A DNA stretch of 61,147 nt, filler included, from Sphacelaria rigidula (Eukaryota), in the NCBI GenBank assembly GCA_964200075.2. It is 5 parts of 5 records of this genome, joined end to end, with 100 filler letters (N's around TTAATTAATTAA, not from the genome) between each part and the next. Parts side by side here need not be neighbours in the genome. Positions count along the whole stretch, not along the records: positions 12,251 to 24,400 come from CAXNAA020004076.1; positions 24,501 to 36,650 come from CAXNAA020004077.1; 3 more parts are not named here. The stretch is one strand, 5' to 3'. The notes under the pieces were generated by a model. The model made no database searches. It was not told where the DNA came from and worked only from the letters and a program-made list of their open reading frames with translations. Numbering within the stretch: position 1 is the first letter of the stretch; every line of letters starts with the position of its first letter. Positions 13,171 to 25,944 of the stretch are shown here, one piece after another. The translations under genes and the position numbers were made by a program.

Positions 13171-13508
13171 GAGCTCGGAAATGGTTTGCCTAACCATTAA
13201 TCAGTTGAATAGTTACGCGTAGCGCACTCATTAACCAGTTATATGGTACATAATGGTTTGGCCATCGAGCGGCGCAGCCGCGAGCCAAAAGCCTTCCCCG
13301 CTGGAGGCGCCGTGCCGGAGGCACGTTATACGCGATTTAGCTTCACTATAGCTGAAGAATACGTCAAATTAGGGCCAATTTTCAAGGGCTGTATGTAGCA
13401 TACGTAGCCGGTTACGGCTTATAAAGCCGGTAACGGTAAGTAATGGTTTCAAACCATTATCCAAAATAATGATAATGGCCAGTTAGAACTGGTAGCATTT
13501 CCGAGCTC
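13171..13508. mobile_element. MITE with TIR GAGCTCGGAAATG and TA flanks (Tc1/mariner-like); partial inverted relative at ~48543-48820
   Basis: ta|gagctcggaaatg ... catttccgagctc|ta. Internal short hairpins gcggcgcagccgc and gtgccggaggcac. Confidence 0.8.
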
Positions 13509-13658
13509 TATGTGTACCGATAGTCAAATGGATCGTACTAAAGTATAACCTCTACAATATATATACATATATATCGGGATATCAGAATATACAGTTCGTA
13601 CCACAACACCTGTTTTCATGTGTCGGAGAAACGCGGGCGTTCATGGAACAGAGTAACA

Positions 13659-13778
13659 CACCCTACACAAAAGATTTTTTTTATCAAAACATGTACTGCG
13701 TACAGTATGGAATCTATTGTCTGTTGCAATAGGCGCAATAGTCGATACTGTACGCAATAGACTTTTTGACTTCAGGGT
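13659..13778. mobile_element. ~120-bp MITE-like repeat; other copies at ~22880-23012 (inverted) and 55807-55929
   Basis: Shared core actgcgtacagtat...ctattgtctgttgcaataggcgc...gatactgtacgca. The 55.8-kb copy has TIR accctggacaat/attgtccagggt. Confidence 0.75.
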
Positions 13779-16354
13779 ATGCGGGGTACGGAGCATCCCC
13801 GTACTTTACCGTACATGGCGGGGTGTCACGTTACTCTGTGCTTCTACTCACGTGCTATCATGGAAGCATGCCGCGCAGGGAGCATGTGCTTCTTCAAGAC
13901 CCGTACGACCACGTCGTGGGGGAATGGCTGGACCTCTCTCAGGGTGGTGCTTATATGCCTCGGGCCCTACGGTAGGTAGGCTAAGAATTTTGCTTTCATT
14001 GTGGTCTCTAGTGCTTGTACGCAATGTGCAACGCAGCACGTTGTCCGCCACCAGTCAGTCAGCACACCACACGCTATCCTTCGGTACCAGCTACCAGCCC
14101 CGCACTACAACACGCTGCTGAACGTGCTGTCGGTACTGTAGCAATATCTCTGCTCTTGGCTGCGCTTTACCATTGCCATGATGTCCTTTCACGCAAGCCC
14201 GCAGCTGCACCAGGATACCGGGCACAGGGTGGTGGGAGCAAATGCTACGTGAACTTACGTGAAATATCTCGATCGAAAATATACTCGGCGCGATGTATTC
14301 CATCCGTGCCCAGCCTGATCAAACAGTAAGTTTACTCATGTCTTTTATAACAGGAGTATCTTGTATCTCGTGTAGTTCCCATATCACCTGAGCACTTCCA
14401 AAAGCACCCCGCCCCTCCCTCCAAGGTTTGCCTTGCGGGGCTTGTCACGAAGCGACGTAGTACTCCGAAAGAGGGCGCCGTGCCTCAGGGGGTTTGGATT
14501 CCCAAGTGATGCGATTTTTTTGCGTCACGAATCTATTCAATGTTGCTGCAGTACGTGGACGAGAAGAGTTTACGCGAGCTCTCGCGAATCAAAGGGGTGT
14601 CAAGGTTTCCTGTCGAGTCAACTTTGTCAGTACTGCTGACCTGTCGTTCACTACTGTTTATTTTTCAGGTATGCTATGTACAAGGGTTTACTGTCTTCGT
14701 GGCGCAGCAGATGCCGCAGATCGCTCATAGTTCGAACACTTGGGAATACTGTATGTCAAAATGTGATGCATAACTTCTGGGTCGAAGAACACGAACGCAT
14801 CGGGGATCGGGAAGCACGGAATACGTGCAATGCTGCCATTGGTGGTGGTACACGTGAGCTCAGCTATGACGCTGGGGTTTCCGACTTTGAAGGTCACGTA
14901 GGTCGACGGTGTAGTTCCGAAAGGAGATCTGGATCCTGAGGGGACAAGCAAGGGCTGGACAGTAGCCACAACTCTCATCAAGCTGGCCTACTGCGCAGCG
15001 AATACGACAGCGTTATAGTTAGCACTACTGCACCCGGTCATGGAGGCTACTGATCCATGGCACTGAACACCCACCTCGGTATTTCCTCCGCTGGATGGAA
15101 CAGCACAGCATCACTTTTATTACAAGTCAACGTGGTTTCGACGCATGTGAGGCGGCAGATGTAAGAAGACCCAGTGCGACTTCTGTCCACCTACGTCCTA
15201 CAAGCGTGTCGTCAGGTATCAGCCCACACTTGCGCGCTGGCGAGATGTACGCAAGCACAGACATGGCTAACAATCGATTGTACACGGTGAAGCAGAAGGC
15301 GAGATTGACGATTGTGCTATGTTTGATACAACAACGTTGTATATTAGTACGAACCAACAGTGAAGTCCCATGCAACACCGACCACCACGGAATCGAGGAT
15401 GCACGATACCGCGCGGATTCGCTCTTACTACTGCACGACAGTGCTGGACCCGTCTTGGGCGGCATAATGACAAGCCAGGAGGGGCCGTGTCATTCGTAGA
15501 CTCGTTTTGATCCGTGATAAGGCGGGTATCGCCATTACCCAGGTTTCGGTAAACATAGAGATGCTGTACTGGCGGAAGGAGAGGTGAGAGGTGGGGGGTG
15601 GAGGCGAAACGCACAGAAAACCCCGCCTCATTGTTGGCCGGAGCTCGTGAAAGTCCGACTTGTCAGCGGGGGTCCGCAGTAAGGTAGGTCATTATGGACA
15701 ATAACAGATTGATGGATTTGGTTTGATTGATTGATTATTGCACATTAATTGGTTCCCCAGGTAGTCATGATCCAGTCGTGGTCTTTCTCCACAGGATAGA
15801 CAAAGCGGAAACACGAACACTTGCTGAAGGGAAATGAACAAAACAGAAATGTGAAACTTATATAGACGAGTAGACTGAAAAGCGGAACCCGCCGTATTCC
15901 AGGACAAGGTTGGAAAAAGCCGAAAATGCCACCCGTACTAGTAAACGTAGTGTTCACCTTATTAGGTGTCTGCCGCCCGAACACGGGATCCATCGCTACT
16001 ACTACTGTATTACTGCTTCGTCAGCGAACGGGACTGCGGCTTGAAGCAAAACTTCCCTCGTCTCCACACATGCTGCGTTCTTCAACGAAGGGTACATGTT
16101 TCGTTCATCATTAATTATATGCCCAACCTTGCGCCGAAGTACCCTCGCGCAGTAGAGTATAGCAGAGCAGCATATTTCTGTGCGGTCGGTATCCGGGAGA
16201 GTGCAACAGTAGTGCGAAAACGCAGATTTCAGCTGACCTGCACCGCCCGAACTACAACACGCTGGCCTACAGGACGTACAGACATTATCTGTGTTACTGC
16301 CCACTGAGATACTGCCTGACACATGAATACACACACGAACACAGACGGACTCAC

Positions 16355-17161
16355 CTTCTTGACTAACATCTTCCGGGCGGCCGCCATAGCTCGATCCCTT
16401 CGTCGTCGTTCCCGCTGCCGCCGCCCACGCGCCACGCGTGACACCCTTATCTTCTCCTGGTCTGTCGGCCTGCCCCGCGCCAGGTTCACCCCCTGAGCAC
16501 CCGCCTCCGCCGTCGCTGCCGTACCAACCTCGTCCTTGGTGTTCGCGAGCACATGGGTGTCGTCACTCAGTCCCTCCAACGATACCACGGCGTCTACTGC
16601 ATCTAGTTTTCGATTCCAAGGGTGAGATCTAGGTCGGCTAGCACCGGTATGCTTCTGGTGCTGGTGCTTCTTCCTATCTACCACAGGCGGTGCCGACTCC
16701 GGGGGCCCGGTGGTGGTAGCGTGATGTTGATGTGAGGGGTCAGTCAAGGATGCGACATCAACTTGACCCTGAACATGACCGTTATTACTGCTACAACCTG
16801 CGGCTTCGTCCTGCGCTGCGGAAGAGGAAGACGGGGGTTCCGCTGCTATCGCCATCGCAGCCGCCAGGATCCCATGTTGTCGCTTTCGCCGCCCACTACA
16901 TCGAGATTGAGACGCCAGCAGCAATGGCGTTCGCCTGCGAGCAGCAGCGCTACTGCTAGAAGCAGTCAACCCAGCCGGAGCATCAGCGTAGAGCTTGGAT
17001 GCACCACTGCAACAGCACCGAGTGCAGTACACGAGGGGACTAATTTTCTGTGGAGGAAACTTTAATGTTGCTGTTGGGAAGGTGGCGATGTCAAAAACGG
17101 ATGCTAGTGAGGATGCCCGCACATGCACATCTCCGCGGCTGGGTGGCGCAGCAAATCGCAT
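16355..17161 (-). CDS. Probable first coding exon of an unidentified host gene (low-complexity N-terminus, basic Arg-rich stretch); start codon uncertain (16855, 17161 or 17284)
   Basis: Longest ORF in the window (351 aa). It ends at a canonical donor AAG|gtgagt after ...ARKMLVKK; GC-rich, coding-like composition. Confidence 0.6.
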
Positions 17162-17361
17162 TTGCGGCGCTGGCTGTGTGCCTGGCCTCGCAGCAGGCTC
17201 ATGAACAGGCAGTCGTGAGAAATGACACTCCTGAAATATATTGAGGGTGCGACTGGGGCGTGTTTTAGACGTACGTGAGAACATCGTCTCTCCTCGCGAG
17301 CACTTTGGCGCAAGAACAGCAACGGTGCTACCTATTGCAGTGGGGGAAGTGGCCTATCCGC

Positions 17362-17400
17362 ATGGCTTTCGCTACGGCGCTTCGTTCAGGGGTTGCAAGG
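17362..17400 (+). CDS. Probable first exon MAFATALRSGVAR (resembles an organellar/mitochondrial presequence start)
   Basis: ATG, 13 codons, then canonical donor AGG|gtgagc. Ala/Arg/Ser-rich with no acidic residues; divergent from the minus-strand gene. Confidence 0.45.
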
Positions 17401-20009
17401 GTGAGCACATGCAGGTGTTCGATCCCTGCTCGTATTTCCTGGCCCTTGCACGCAATGATTTTGCTAGGAGAGTGCGATTGGAATTGCACGAACAACAACA
17501 AACACGTAAGGGGTCTGAAGTCAAAGTTGGGGCGTTTCGGCTTTGCGTTCGTGTTCATCGGGTGGGTTGCTACTGTGCTCTGCCCCGTTTCTGGAGGTGT
17601 GCACCGTGCAGGTTTTCGATTGCCGTAGACAAGCAGGCCGGTGAAACACATATGTGGCTGAAGGATGAGATCAGCGGCTTCCGCCAGGATTTGCGATTGT
17701 GTATGCCAACCCGCTTTTCGGCGTTGCAATCAGTTGATTTCGTGATCCGTGTTGTTCAGGCGCATCGTATTACTGACGGCTTTTGGTCATAGCTTGACTT
17801 TGCAAACAGCACACATCATTTCCAGTGCTGTACAACAGCCCCGCGATGAGGTAGGCCTGTAGCAAATGCGATGCATGGCGCTTTTCGACGGAAGTATTGG
17901 CATGTGCTCTGTGCGTCAACTCTTCCTTGAGTTCTGTGAGGAAAAGACCTTGGCCAGTAGCCATGCACAAATCGCCCTGCATTGGTCGTGTATAGTGCGG
18001 ATCACCATCGGCCCCGAAAAGAACGCCGCGCTGGAATATATGGTGTTTTGTTTAGGGTCGGTACACATGTAGACAGTCAGTACCGTACGGTCCATACCGC
18101 AATCTCTGTTGCTACCCTCTGCACCCGAGAGCAACTACTGCTGTCCTGTTGCTCACAGTGCAACTGGACGAAAGCGGTATGCAACACCGACAAGTCATAC
18201 CCCGTCACTCGCTACAATTCAAGAGTGCAACAAGCAGATGAGTCTCTTGTCGCAAGCCTTTGGCAGTACCAAGCCATCGGAAAAGCTGTGCAAATGCTCT
18301 CGGTACAGACGACACTGCTGTCGGGGGCATTCGCGGGACCGCGAGAGAGTAGTGTTGCGGATGAGGGTAGTACAGCATAATACGAGCAAGACTGCTCCCC
18401 TTTTGATTGACGAGCGCGTTTCGAGCGCGTAGCCCATAACAAGGCATAGGAAGGGTATGCGTGTTGTGCTGCTCGAAGGTCGCGCGACAGCTATCCACGA
18501 TTCTGCCAGCCACTTACTGGTTACGCCTGGCCCAGTCCTTGGACACAGCTCTCGTCTGCGCCTTTGAAGATGCCAAGTCATGGGTCTGCGGAAGCTGTAC
18601 GCTGCGCCCGATCGCCAGGTAAAAGCTGTTCTGGCCTGCCCCATCGAGAATCGGGAGACAGTCGAGTTGGCATCGCGTGCTTGCTGTGGGCGATAAATCC
18701 AGCCAGCCAATGCTGAGCTCGACGTACCGTACTGTGACAGCATGGCCTGCTGTCTACATCGTGCTTGCCCTCTTGCAGTCAGTACAAAACACTCAAGAGC
18801 ACACAGCACGAGTTGGTTTGCGATGCGGCTCATCCTGTGAACCGGCATCTGGACGAGATACCCCTGCCCCATCCGACCAAACAATATTTATACTGGAATC
18901 AGTCCGATGACCGTCCGCGGTGCTCTGTTGGCCGAAAAAAAATTCCGCCCGCTGTCCTGTGTCCTCCCCCCCCCCTCTCGCATCTGCGGACGGTCTATTA
19001 ATGGGCATTTCGTACAAAACGTGTGTATGGGCACCGTGCCGTTCCTGACCAGAAAGGGATATCATGTGGTGCTTTGACTAGGAGCATGACTCGGAAGAGC
19101 CTTAAATGACTGTTGCATATAGCATCAATTGAACTTGACTCAAAACTGCACGGCCAGGTGACCTACCCTCGCGGTCAAGGGGGTAATTTTCGCACATTAA
19201 CTAATCATTATCCACAAAAGGGGCCATGGTCACAAAACAACCGTACGCAGGGTGAACAAAATGGAAACGCTCGCTAATTAATGGAGAAGTTTGTGAAAGT
19301 ATCACCCTTGACAATACATGTTCATATAAATCGATGATAGTTGCAATAGACGTATACCTGATACCCCACATTTTTGTTCTAATGAATCTTTTGATCATAT
19401 ATAAATGTCCATGTCGTGAGAAATACGAAAATATGCAGCGAACGAAAGGAACAAACGTGAGAACAAGAAACGAAGACAAACTAGTAAAAGCAGAAGGAGA
19501 GGGAAGGAACGGAGAAAAGCTGAATATATATCGCCGCGTGAAGAAATGTAAACAAAAAAAAATCAAATTAGAAATGGCTAGCCTCTACAGCATGATGGGA
19601 TTAGGGCCGAAAAAAGCCTTGCGCAAACAAGCAGGTGCCCTGGTGCATGGAGTCAAACACAAAGGCCTTGAGAGGCAGATCGTGGCTCAGCTATGTCGGC
19701 CATGCTGCTGGGGCATGAGCTTTGATCCATGGAACATATTGAAGCAAATCACCCAAACTGCTTCTTTTGTAACACTAGAGGGGAAAGAATTGCGAGAAAG
19801 CAGGCCAGAGAAGAAGGAAAATACGGAAGCGATGAAACACAACAACACAATGCAGCATGCACAGACGAACAACCAAGGAGCACCGCAACACCACAGGCCA
19901 AGGAACAAAACAACAATCGATAAGAAGACGTGATAATTACATCACTTCCCGTGTCAACCCAGCTTCCCTTACTCATCTCTAGTCGGGTACAACGCGAGAC
20001 AATCTCCTG

Positions 20010-21590
20010 ACCGTTTCTACTCCGAATTCTGTCGCGCCGTTGCTATTACTGTCTCCGCGGTGGCGGCCCTCGGCGGCTGTCGATGCAGCAGTCTCTCATT
20101 TGTGACGAAGGTTCGATCCGCGTTTGCGTTCGCGGCGCCACGCCTCCTCAAACTCATGTTCTTCGCTGCGGTGACACAATCGTGGGCGTCTTTGACCTCC
20201 ACAGCGTAGGCGAACCGTTCCCGTTGTGCTCCTCCTTTGGATGAAAAGAAAAACTACCGCACCTGGGATCCTCTGGAAGTGTTCGCCTCGGTGTTGAGGT
20301 CGCCGACCAGCCTCCTCCGGTCCCCTTGGGGCTAAACGAGGAGCGCTCTGGAAGACGCGATTCGTCCCGCCGGAGAGGCGAATCGGATTGGACGCCTGCG
20401 GGACGGTCGTCTCGATAAGTTCGTAGTTGTCATCTCGAGGTCGTCTTTGTAGGAAAGAGCCCTTGTAGCCAGTTCGCTCTTTCTTACTGGATCCAATCAA
20501 TCGCAGCAAAAGCAGTTGAGAGTGCCGCGCGTAGACTCTCGAAGTCCCCGGGATGCAGCGTCCATGCAATACATACTTGCACCAAAGCTTTCACCACCTC
20601 CGTTTCAAGCAGCGGGATTTTCAGAGGTAGCTGGGCTCTCGGAGGCGTGCCCCCGTAGCGCTGATGCGGCGGTTGGTTTCGGTGGAAATATTCGCCTCGG
20701 CGCTGACAGCACCCCCGAGGTAGACAAGCTTGGCCGTTTGCTTATACTGTTGGCCTGCCGCGTGGACGTGCAGTGCTGTCTCTGATCTTCATGTTACTCT
20801 CCGATACCATTGATAAAAACTCCTGACAGGCCAGCACTACCACGGCCATTATTCTCGCAAGCCCGCCTGGGGACCTCGAGATGACGCGAGCGTCATTCGC
20901 ATATAGCACTGTCCATACCACGTGCCGCACCATTTCCAGCGGCGTCTCTTCCAGAGTTTCACCCTCGTCACTTTTTGGATCATGATCTATGATGGATATA
21001 CTGAGTCTGAAATCTGACATGTATAGCTGGGTCTGCCGGAAACTGCAGTACGACCACGTCGACCTGGGCTATGCCGAAGGTATCGAAAAGTGTCGGGGAC
21101 GAAACGTGTCGTTATTGGAGTCCCTAGCAGACGTGGAACACTGCTGATAGTTGGCCATCATCCAGCTGTACTCGAGCTCGCATGTCAGGGGAAAACATAC
21201 CGATAACCTCAATCATTCGCGGCGGAACTGCGAACCGGACAAGCACTCCCCACACGAGAGAGCGGTTCACGGAATCTTACACCTTCTGCAGCTTGGTCAA
21301 GCACATGTTTAGTTGAACCTTGCTCGCCCGCCTCAACCCCTGCAGTCAGCGTGCCGCGAACATAATGTCGGTGGTTAATCGTTGGCGCCGGAAGCTTCAC
21401 TGGTCTCCCGGAAAGATCGTCGCCTCCTCCTGAAAGCTACCGAGCCTTTTTGCCAAAATATTCGAGGAATACCTTGTCAGCATATATCATGAGGGATATG
21501 AGGGGTGGTGCCCCTGTAGTTTCCGCACTCGCACCTTTTCTTGTTGAACGCTTTGATGGTGGCGTCTTACCACTCCTGCGGCACCTCGTG
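20010..21590 (-). mobile_element. Second degenerate copy of RTE-like LINE family B
   Basis: VWTVLYANDARVISRSPGGLARIM (YADD region), VPQEW*DATIK, ELIETTV; colinear with 9380-11065. Confidence 0.8.
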
Positions 21591-23054
21591 ACAGGGTGCC
21601 CCGAGACAACATTGTGAGTATGAGGGGCTGACGATCTGGAGCTGGCTCATGGCTGCGGTGGTCCACCTGTCTCTATGTTTCCTGTTGAGTTGCAGCATGG
21701 TTGCTGTTCGCCATACTCACGTCATCATTTTTTTTCATTCAGAAATATCGACAATTTCCTCTCCCATGATCGGATGTGATTATGTGTGGGCGTTAGAGAT
21801 CCTCAACCCTTCGACCGCGGTGCGGGTAGTCCATCTGGATCATGCATGCTTTTCCCAAATGAATAATGATGCCGATTCAGCAGGTGACTTTCCCTCGGGG
21901 TCGAAGGGTTGGGCAACCCAGAAATATTTACAAAGAAAATCCCTGAATGGTTGGTCTTGGATTGCCGACGCAACCCCCGCGCACCGTACAGCAGGCTACC
22001 ATCAAACATCGGAGGTAGAGCACCACTTGATTTTTTTGCAATACTCAGCGTGCGGCCCGAGTGTTCGTTATTTCTCTGGGCTACCAACAACCATCATATG
22101 GGTTGTAGTATGAGTTTGTCATTAGGGCATCGCAATCTGTGCTCGAGTTGCAACATATTTTGAAAAGCTGTGAGACTTCGATTGTTTAATGCCAAGTAAT
22201 TTGGAAGTGGTTGTGCACGTGAAGTACTCGGATTGAAGACTGATATCATTCGGTATGCTGACGGGCCACTGTGTGTACATGTGTGAGGCGATTCGCCCAC
22301 GATCGGCAATCATTCAGACTAAAACCGGATCGAGGTACGCTTATGATCCTCGTATCATGCACGCGTATGTTCGTCAAATTAGGGTATCACGACGTTGGAA
22401 GTGAAGCATGATGATTCGTAATATCAAACGTCAATAAAATGGGAGGAGCTTGATTTAAATAATTTAAACTAGTTTGTTAGTTTGTCGGGAGTGGACGGGG
22501 TTATTGGTTGGGTCAAGTTGGATTATTTTTTCCCCTTTTTAAAAGGGAACACAACTTTGAGCCCAGGAAAAAAATTTACGGAGGCAGGAGCTGTCCCTGT
22601 TACTTGGCTTGCGAAATAGTCGTTTTAAGGTCATGTGCATCCCATCCGCCGACACGAGTTTTTCTTGTTTTACTCCTCGAGTCTTTTTGCTGATGATGTA
22701 CAATTTATCTTCCAAGGTTCAGCGAAGTATGACTGGTCGGAAAATCGCTTGCTCTCAGTGCAATCGATTCGTACCGTACAAATCAAAAACTCGGTCCTTT
22801 TATGTCAGCGTTGCACTGCACCCCAGGTACGTGCACCGCAGCAGGCACGTGGAATCAATACTGTAGCGCATGAATTGTACACCCTGGACAGGGTTAGTCA
22901 TTGTCAAAAAGTGTACTGTATAGCGTAGAGTATCGACTTTTGCGTCTATTGCATGAGACAAAAGATGCGACACCGTGCGCAGTACAATTTTTGACAGTGA
23001 AATATGTTGTCGTGATCCAGAGTGAGATCAATTTCGTCAGGACGAGTTGCTTCC

Positions 23055-23302
23055 GTCCTGCTGTATACCTTTCTTTTTATCTTTTTCGAACAATCAGGTC
23101 TCAAAGATGGTAGATTTGGTGACTCGAACCGGTGATACTGAAGTTTGATTCTCGGAATGTTTTCTCTTGCAGCAAAGTTTCCTGCAGTGTACCTTTTTTT
23201 GTCTCTTCCGAGCAATCAGATCTCAGAGATGGTAGATTTGGTGACTCAAACCGGCGATACTGAAGTCCAATTCTCGGAATGTTCTCTCTTCCCGGAAAGT
23301 TT
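23055..23302. repeat. Tandem duplication (~124-bp unit x2) within a dispersed repeat also present at ~58300-58525
   Basis: caatcag.tctca.agatggtagatttggtgactc.aaccgg.gatactgaagt occurs twice. Upstream gattcgtaccgtac...cccaggtacg...caggcacgtggaat matches 58328-58408. Confidence 0.75.
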
Positions 23303-23754
23303 TCCAAATCATGCAGCCAAACGCGTCACTTGTCGTGTCTCCTTCTCTCTCTCTGTCTCTCTGTTTATCTTGACAAAATAGAGAACACCATCGGCATGAA
23401 AACACTCGGAAGATTTCAGATCTCCGCACGCATTACTCTGTTTGATTTTGTGTCAAATGAACACAAGGAGAAAATACTGTAAACGATCAAGAAAAAGTGA
23501 GCAAGAGTTGACTTTCTCGCGTAGCATGTTGCAAGTCAACTCCCGACAATCCATCTGTCGTGCGATTATCGATCATGTATTTCTCACGTCTCGACTTTTC
23601 CCACCTCTGAGTACGCAACACGCTCACCTATTCATGAACGCGTGTGCACTGAGTACAGTAAATTACCTCGTGTGTTTGTCTCTGTAGAGACCACTGTGAT
23701 GTCCTTACTGAAGGGCAGCCCCTCCCCTCGCGCCCCCCCACCCTGCTATCGTGT

Positions 23755-24258
23755 AGGGTTGGCGTCGGTTGGCACAATGCTGTAAAACACTCTACTCACT
23801 GCGCAAGTTAGGTAACCGGGCTACCGTTTTTTTTCGCTTGCTTTTTTTGGCGATAACCGTGATGGTGGTCGAGTTGGATCATTTTGTGCGGAGTGGAAAA
23901 CCCCCAACTACACGCAAATGAAATGACCGTACGACGCAGTGTTTTGATGGTGAGGCACCGATGAAGTAGTGTGTAACCCTCAGCTGTCTGGAAGTGATGA
24001 TGCCTGTTTTTTTTTTTGTAGCTACTCATTCGAGGTTATCATGCGTACGTAAGATTAGTGGTGCGCTTCAGGGGAAACGGTTTCAGCTGAGTGCAGGTCG
24101 CCCATTCGTCATGCGACTCGTGGAACACATATCGGCGCTTCGACTTTTGTGATGGACTGCGAGCCTGGCCCAGCAAAAACCCAGCGTACTCCGTCCCGGC
24201 TTCGTACAGATATGCAGTCAATGGCCATATGACTCAGCATGCAATACCATGAGTACAC
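23755..24258 (+). mobile_element. SINE-like family S, full-length copy 3
   Basis: Head gggttggcgtcggttggcacaatgctgtaaaacac; tail gtcaatggccatatgactcagcatgcaataccatgagtacac. Confidence 0.75.
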
Positions 24259-24500
24259 GAGTACATTCCTCCCTTAACCCCTCCCGGGGGGGGAGGGGTT
24301 AAGGAGAGGGATGAGTACGCCCCCCCCTTAACCCCTCCCCCCCCCCCCCCCGAGCCCCCCACTGTTGAGCCTTACTCTTTTCATTAGTAGGAGATGTGCT
24401 NNNNNNNNNNNNNNNNNNNNNNNNNNNNNNNNNNNNNNNNNNNNTTAATTAATTAANNNNNNNNNNNNNNNNNNNNNNNNNNNNNNNNNNNNNNNNNNNN

Positions 24501-24809
24501 GAACGGGACGTGCTAGAGGGGGAAATACGGGACGTGAACGAAGATAGCATGAAATGGTTTGATGCATTAGACAGTGGGGAGAAAACGACGGCCATACTAG
24601 GAGACAGATGGTGGCCAGGGACGGCGAAACAGGAAGGGGATAAGATATGTAACAGGTTTTTGTGTGGGAAGAAACGTAATGAGCTACGGAATGTTGGAGG
24701 GGTCTCTAATAGGAGTAGGAACAGTGCTCTGTCTCGAGAGGGATGCGTGGTCAATGGTCAAACGACCAAGACAAGCAACAAATGACTACGCTTCCCACCC
24801 CCCCCCCCC
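24501..24809 (+). mobile_element. LINE family A 3' fragment plus C-run (cut by linker)
   Basis: Encodes ...ILGDRWWPGTAKQEGDKIC...GCVVNGQTTKTSNK*, matching the C-terminus of ORF 53-637. Confidence 0.9.
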
Positions 24810-25944
24810 TCAAAAACTCAAAAACTCGAATTTTCGATCTTGGAGCCTACGTGTCCCGGAATATGGTTTGACCGACCCTTGGACCCACTCAATTCGAGGT
24901 TACTGCGACGTACCATAACTGGTACACGACTGCTGTAGTAGCATTTGGATCACCGCTGGCCGCTCAGACGCTGTGCATTATTGGGAGGCTTTGATGCGGG
25001 TAGAAAGAAACTTCCATATTGATAGTAACACGGGTGGCCACTGGGGTGCCTGTAACCCAGGAGCCACCCGTGAAAGTGCATGCACTGCACCACGGTAGCG
25101 TAGAAGTACGGTACAATAACCACAGCGTGAATACAGTCGATCGCTGCAGCACAGGCAGTGCGGCAAGCAGAGCGAACGGTGCCAGAGGAATAGCCACCTG
25201 GGAAGGAGGGATACAGCAAGTAAGTGGGCAACAGGAAAGTACTTGGCGGAGCGTGTTGGCATGGTCACAACATAATATGGACATTGAGGATTACGGCATC
25301 AATAATGAAAAAACGTTCAGTGTGATAAGATGGATCGTTTCAGCATGATATTGGTGATTAATCTAATGTTAGAGAGCAACAAACGAGGATCAATCAACCT
25401 GAAAACAAATGAGAAGCTTCCTGTTTGATTGATAGTCATGTATACCTACCGCATGCAACCGGGAGGGAAAATAATAATTCCAGCTGGACATACACGCATT
25501 CGATATAACGTTGATTGAGGGTTATACCCGCCTTTAATGGCGTCGTGAACTACTCGTGTTTGTCGTTGGCGTGCGTACCTTCTTGGACTCTGTGTGGTCT
25601 TCTTTCGCACTAGAAGATATCTAAAAAAATGGAATTTTCCCACGGGCGGGGGGTGGAGGGGTACCTGACATTCCCGTCTACGGGGGCACCTCAGGGAAGA
25701 TCAACAAAAGTAGGCTACAGCGAAAACATTGTGAACCCGGGGTCATATATTGCAGGGTCGGATGTAGCGTATGTATCCCACGTAACCCATACGTATCACA
25801 GTTGTCCAATAATTTCGCACACGATCATATGATTCAGATCTTTGCGACACACATAATGGAGATGCGTCCCCAAACATTTACAGAATAGTGCGAGGGGGGG
25901 TGTACGAGGGAGGATGCAGTTGGACAATTGATTATGAGGATTCC

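Noticed and set aside
19334-19933. 199-aa ORF as a gene
   Set aside because: It spans A-rich low-complexity repeat-tail sequence, with no motifs or splice support.
25040-25200. Candidate exons on either strand near 25.0-25.2 kb (also ~14770-14935, ~2760-2835 and ~3100-3218)
   Set aside because: Splice-like signals exist, but frame and strand are ambiguous and no homology is recognisable.
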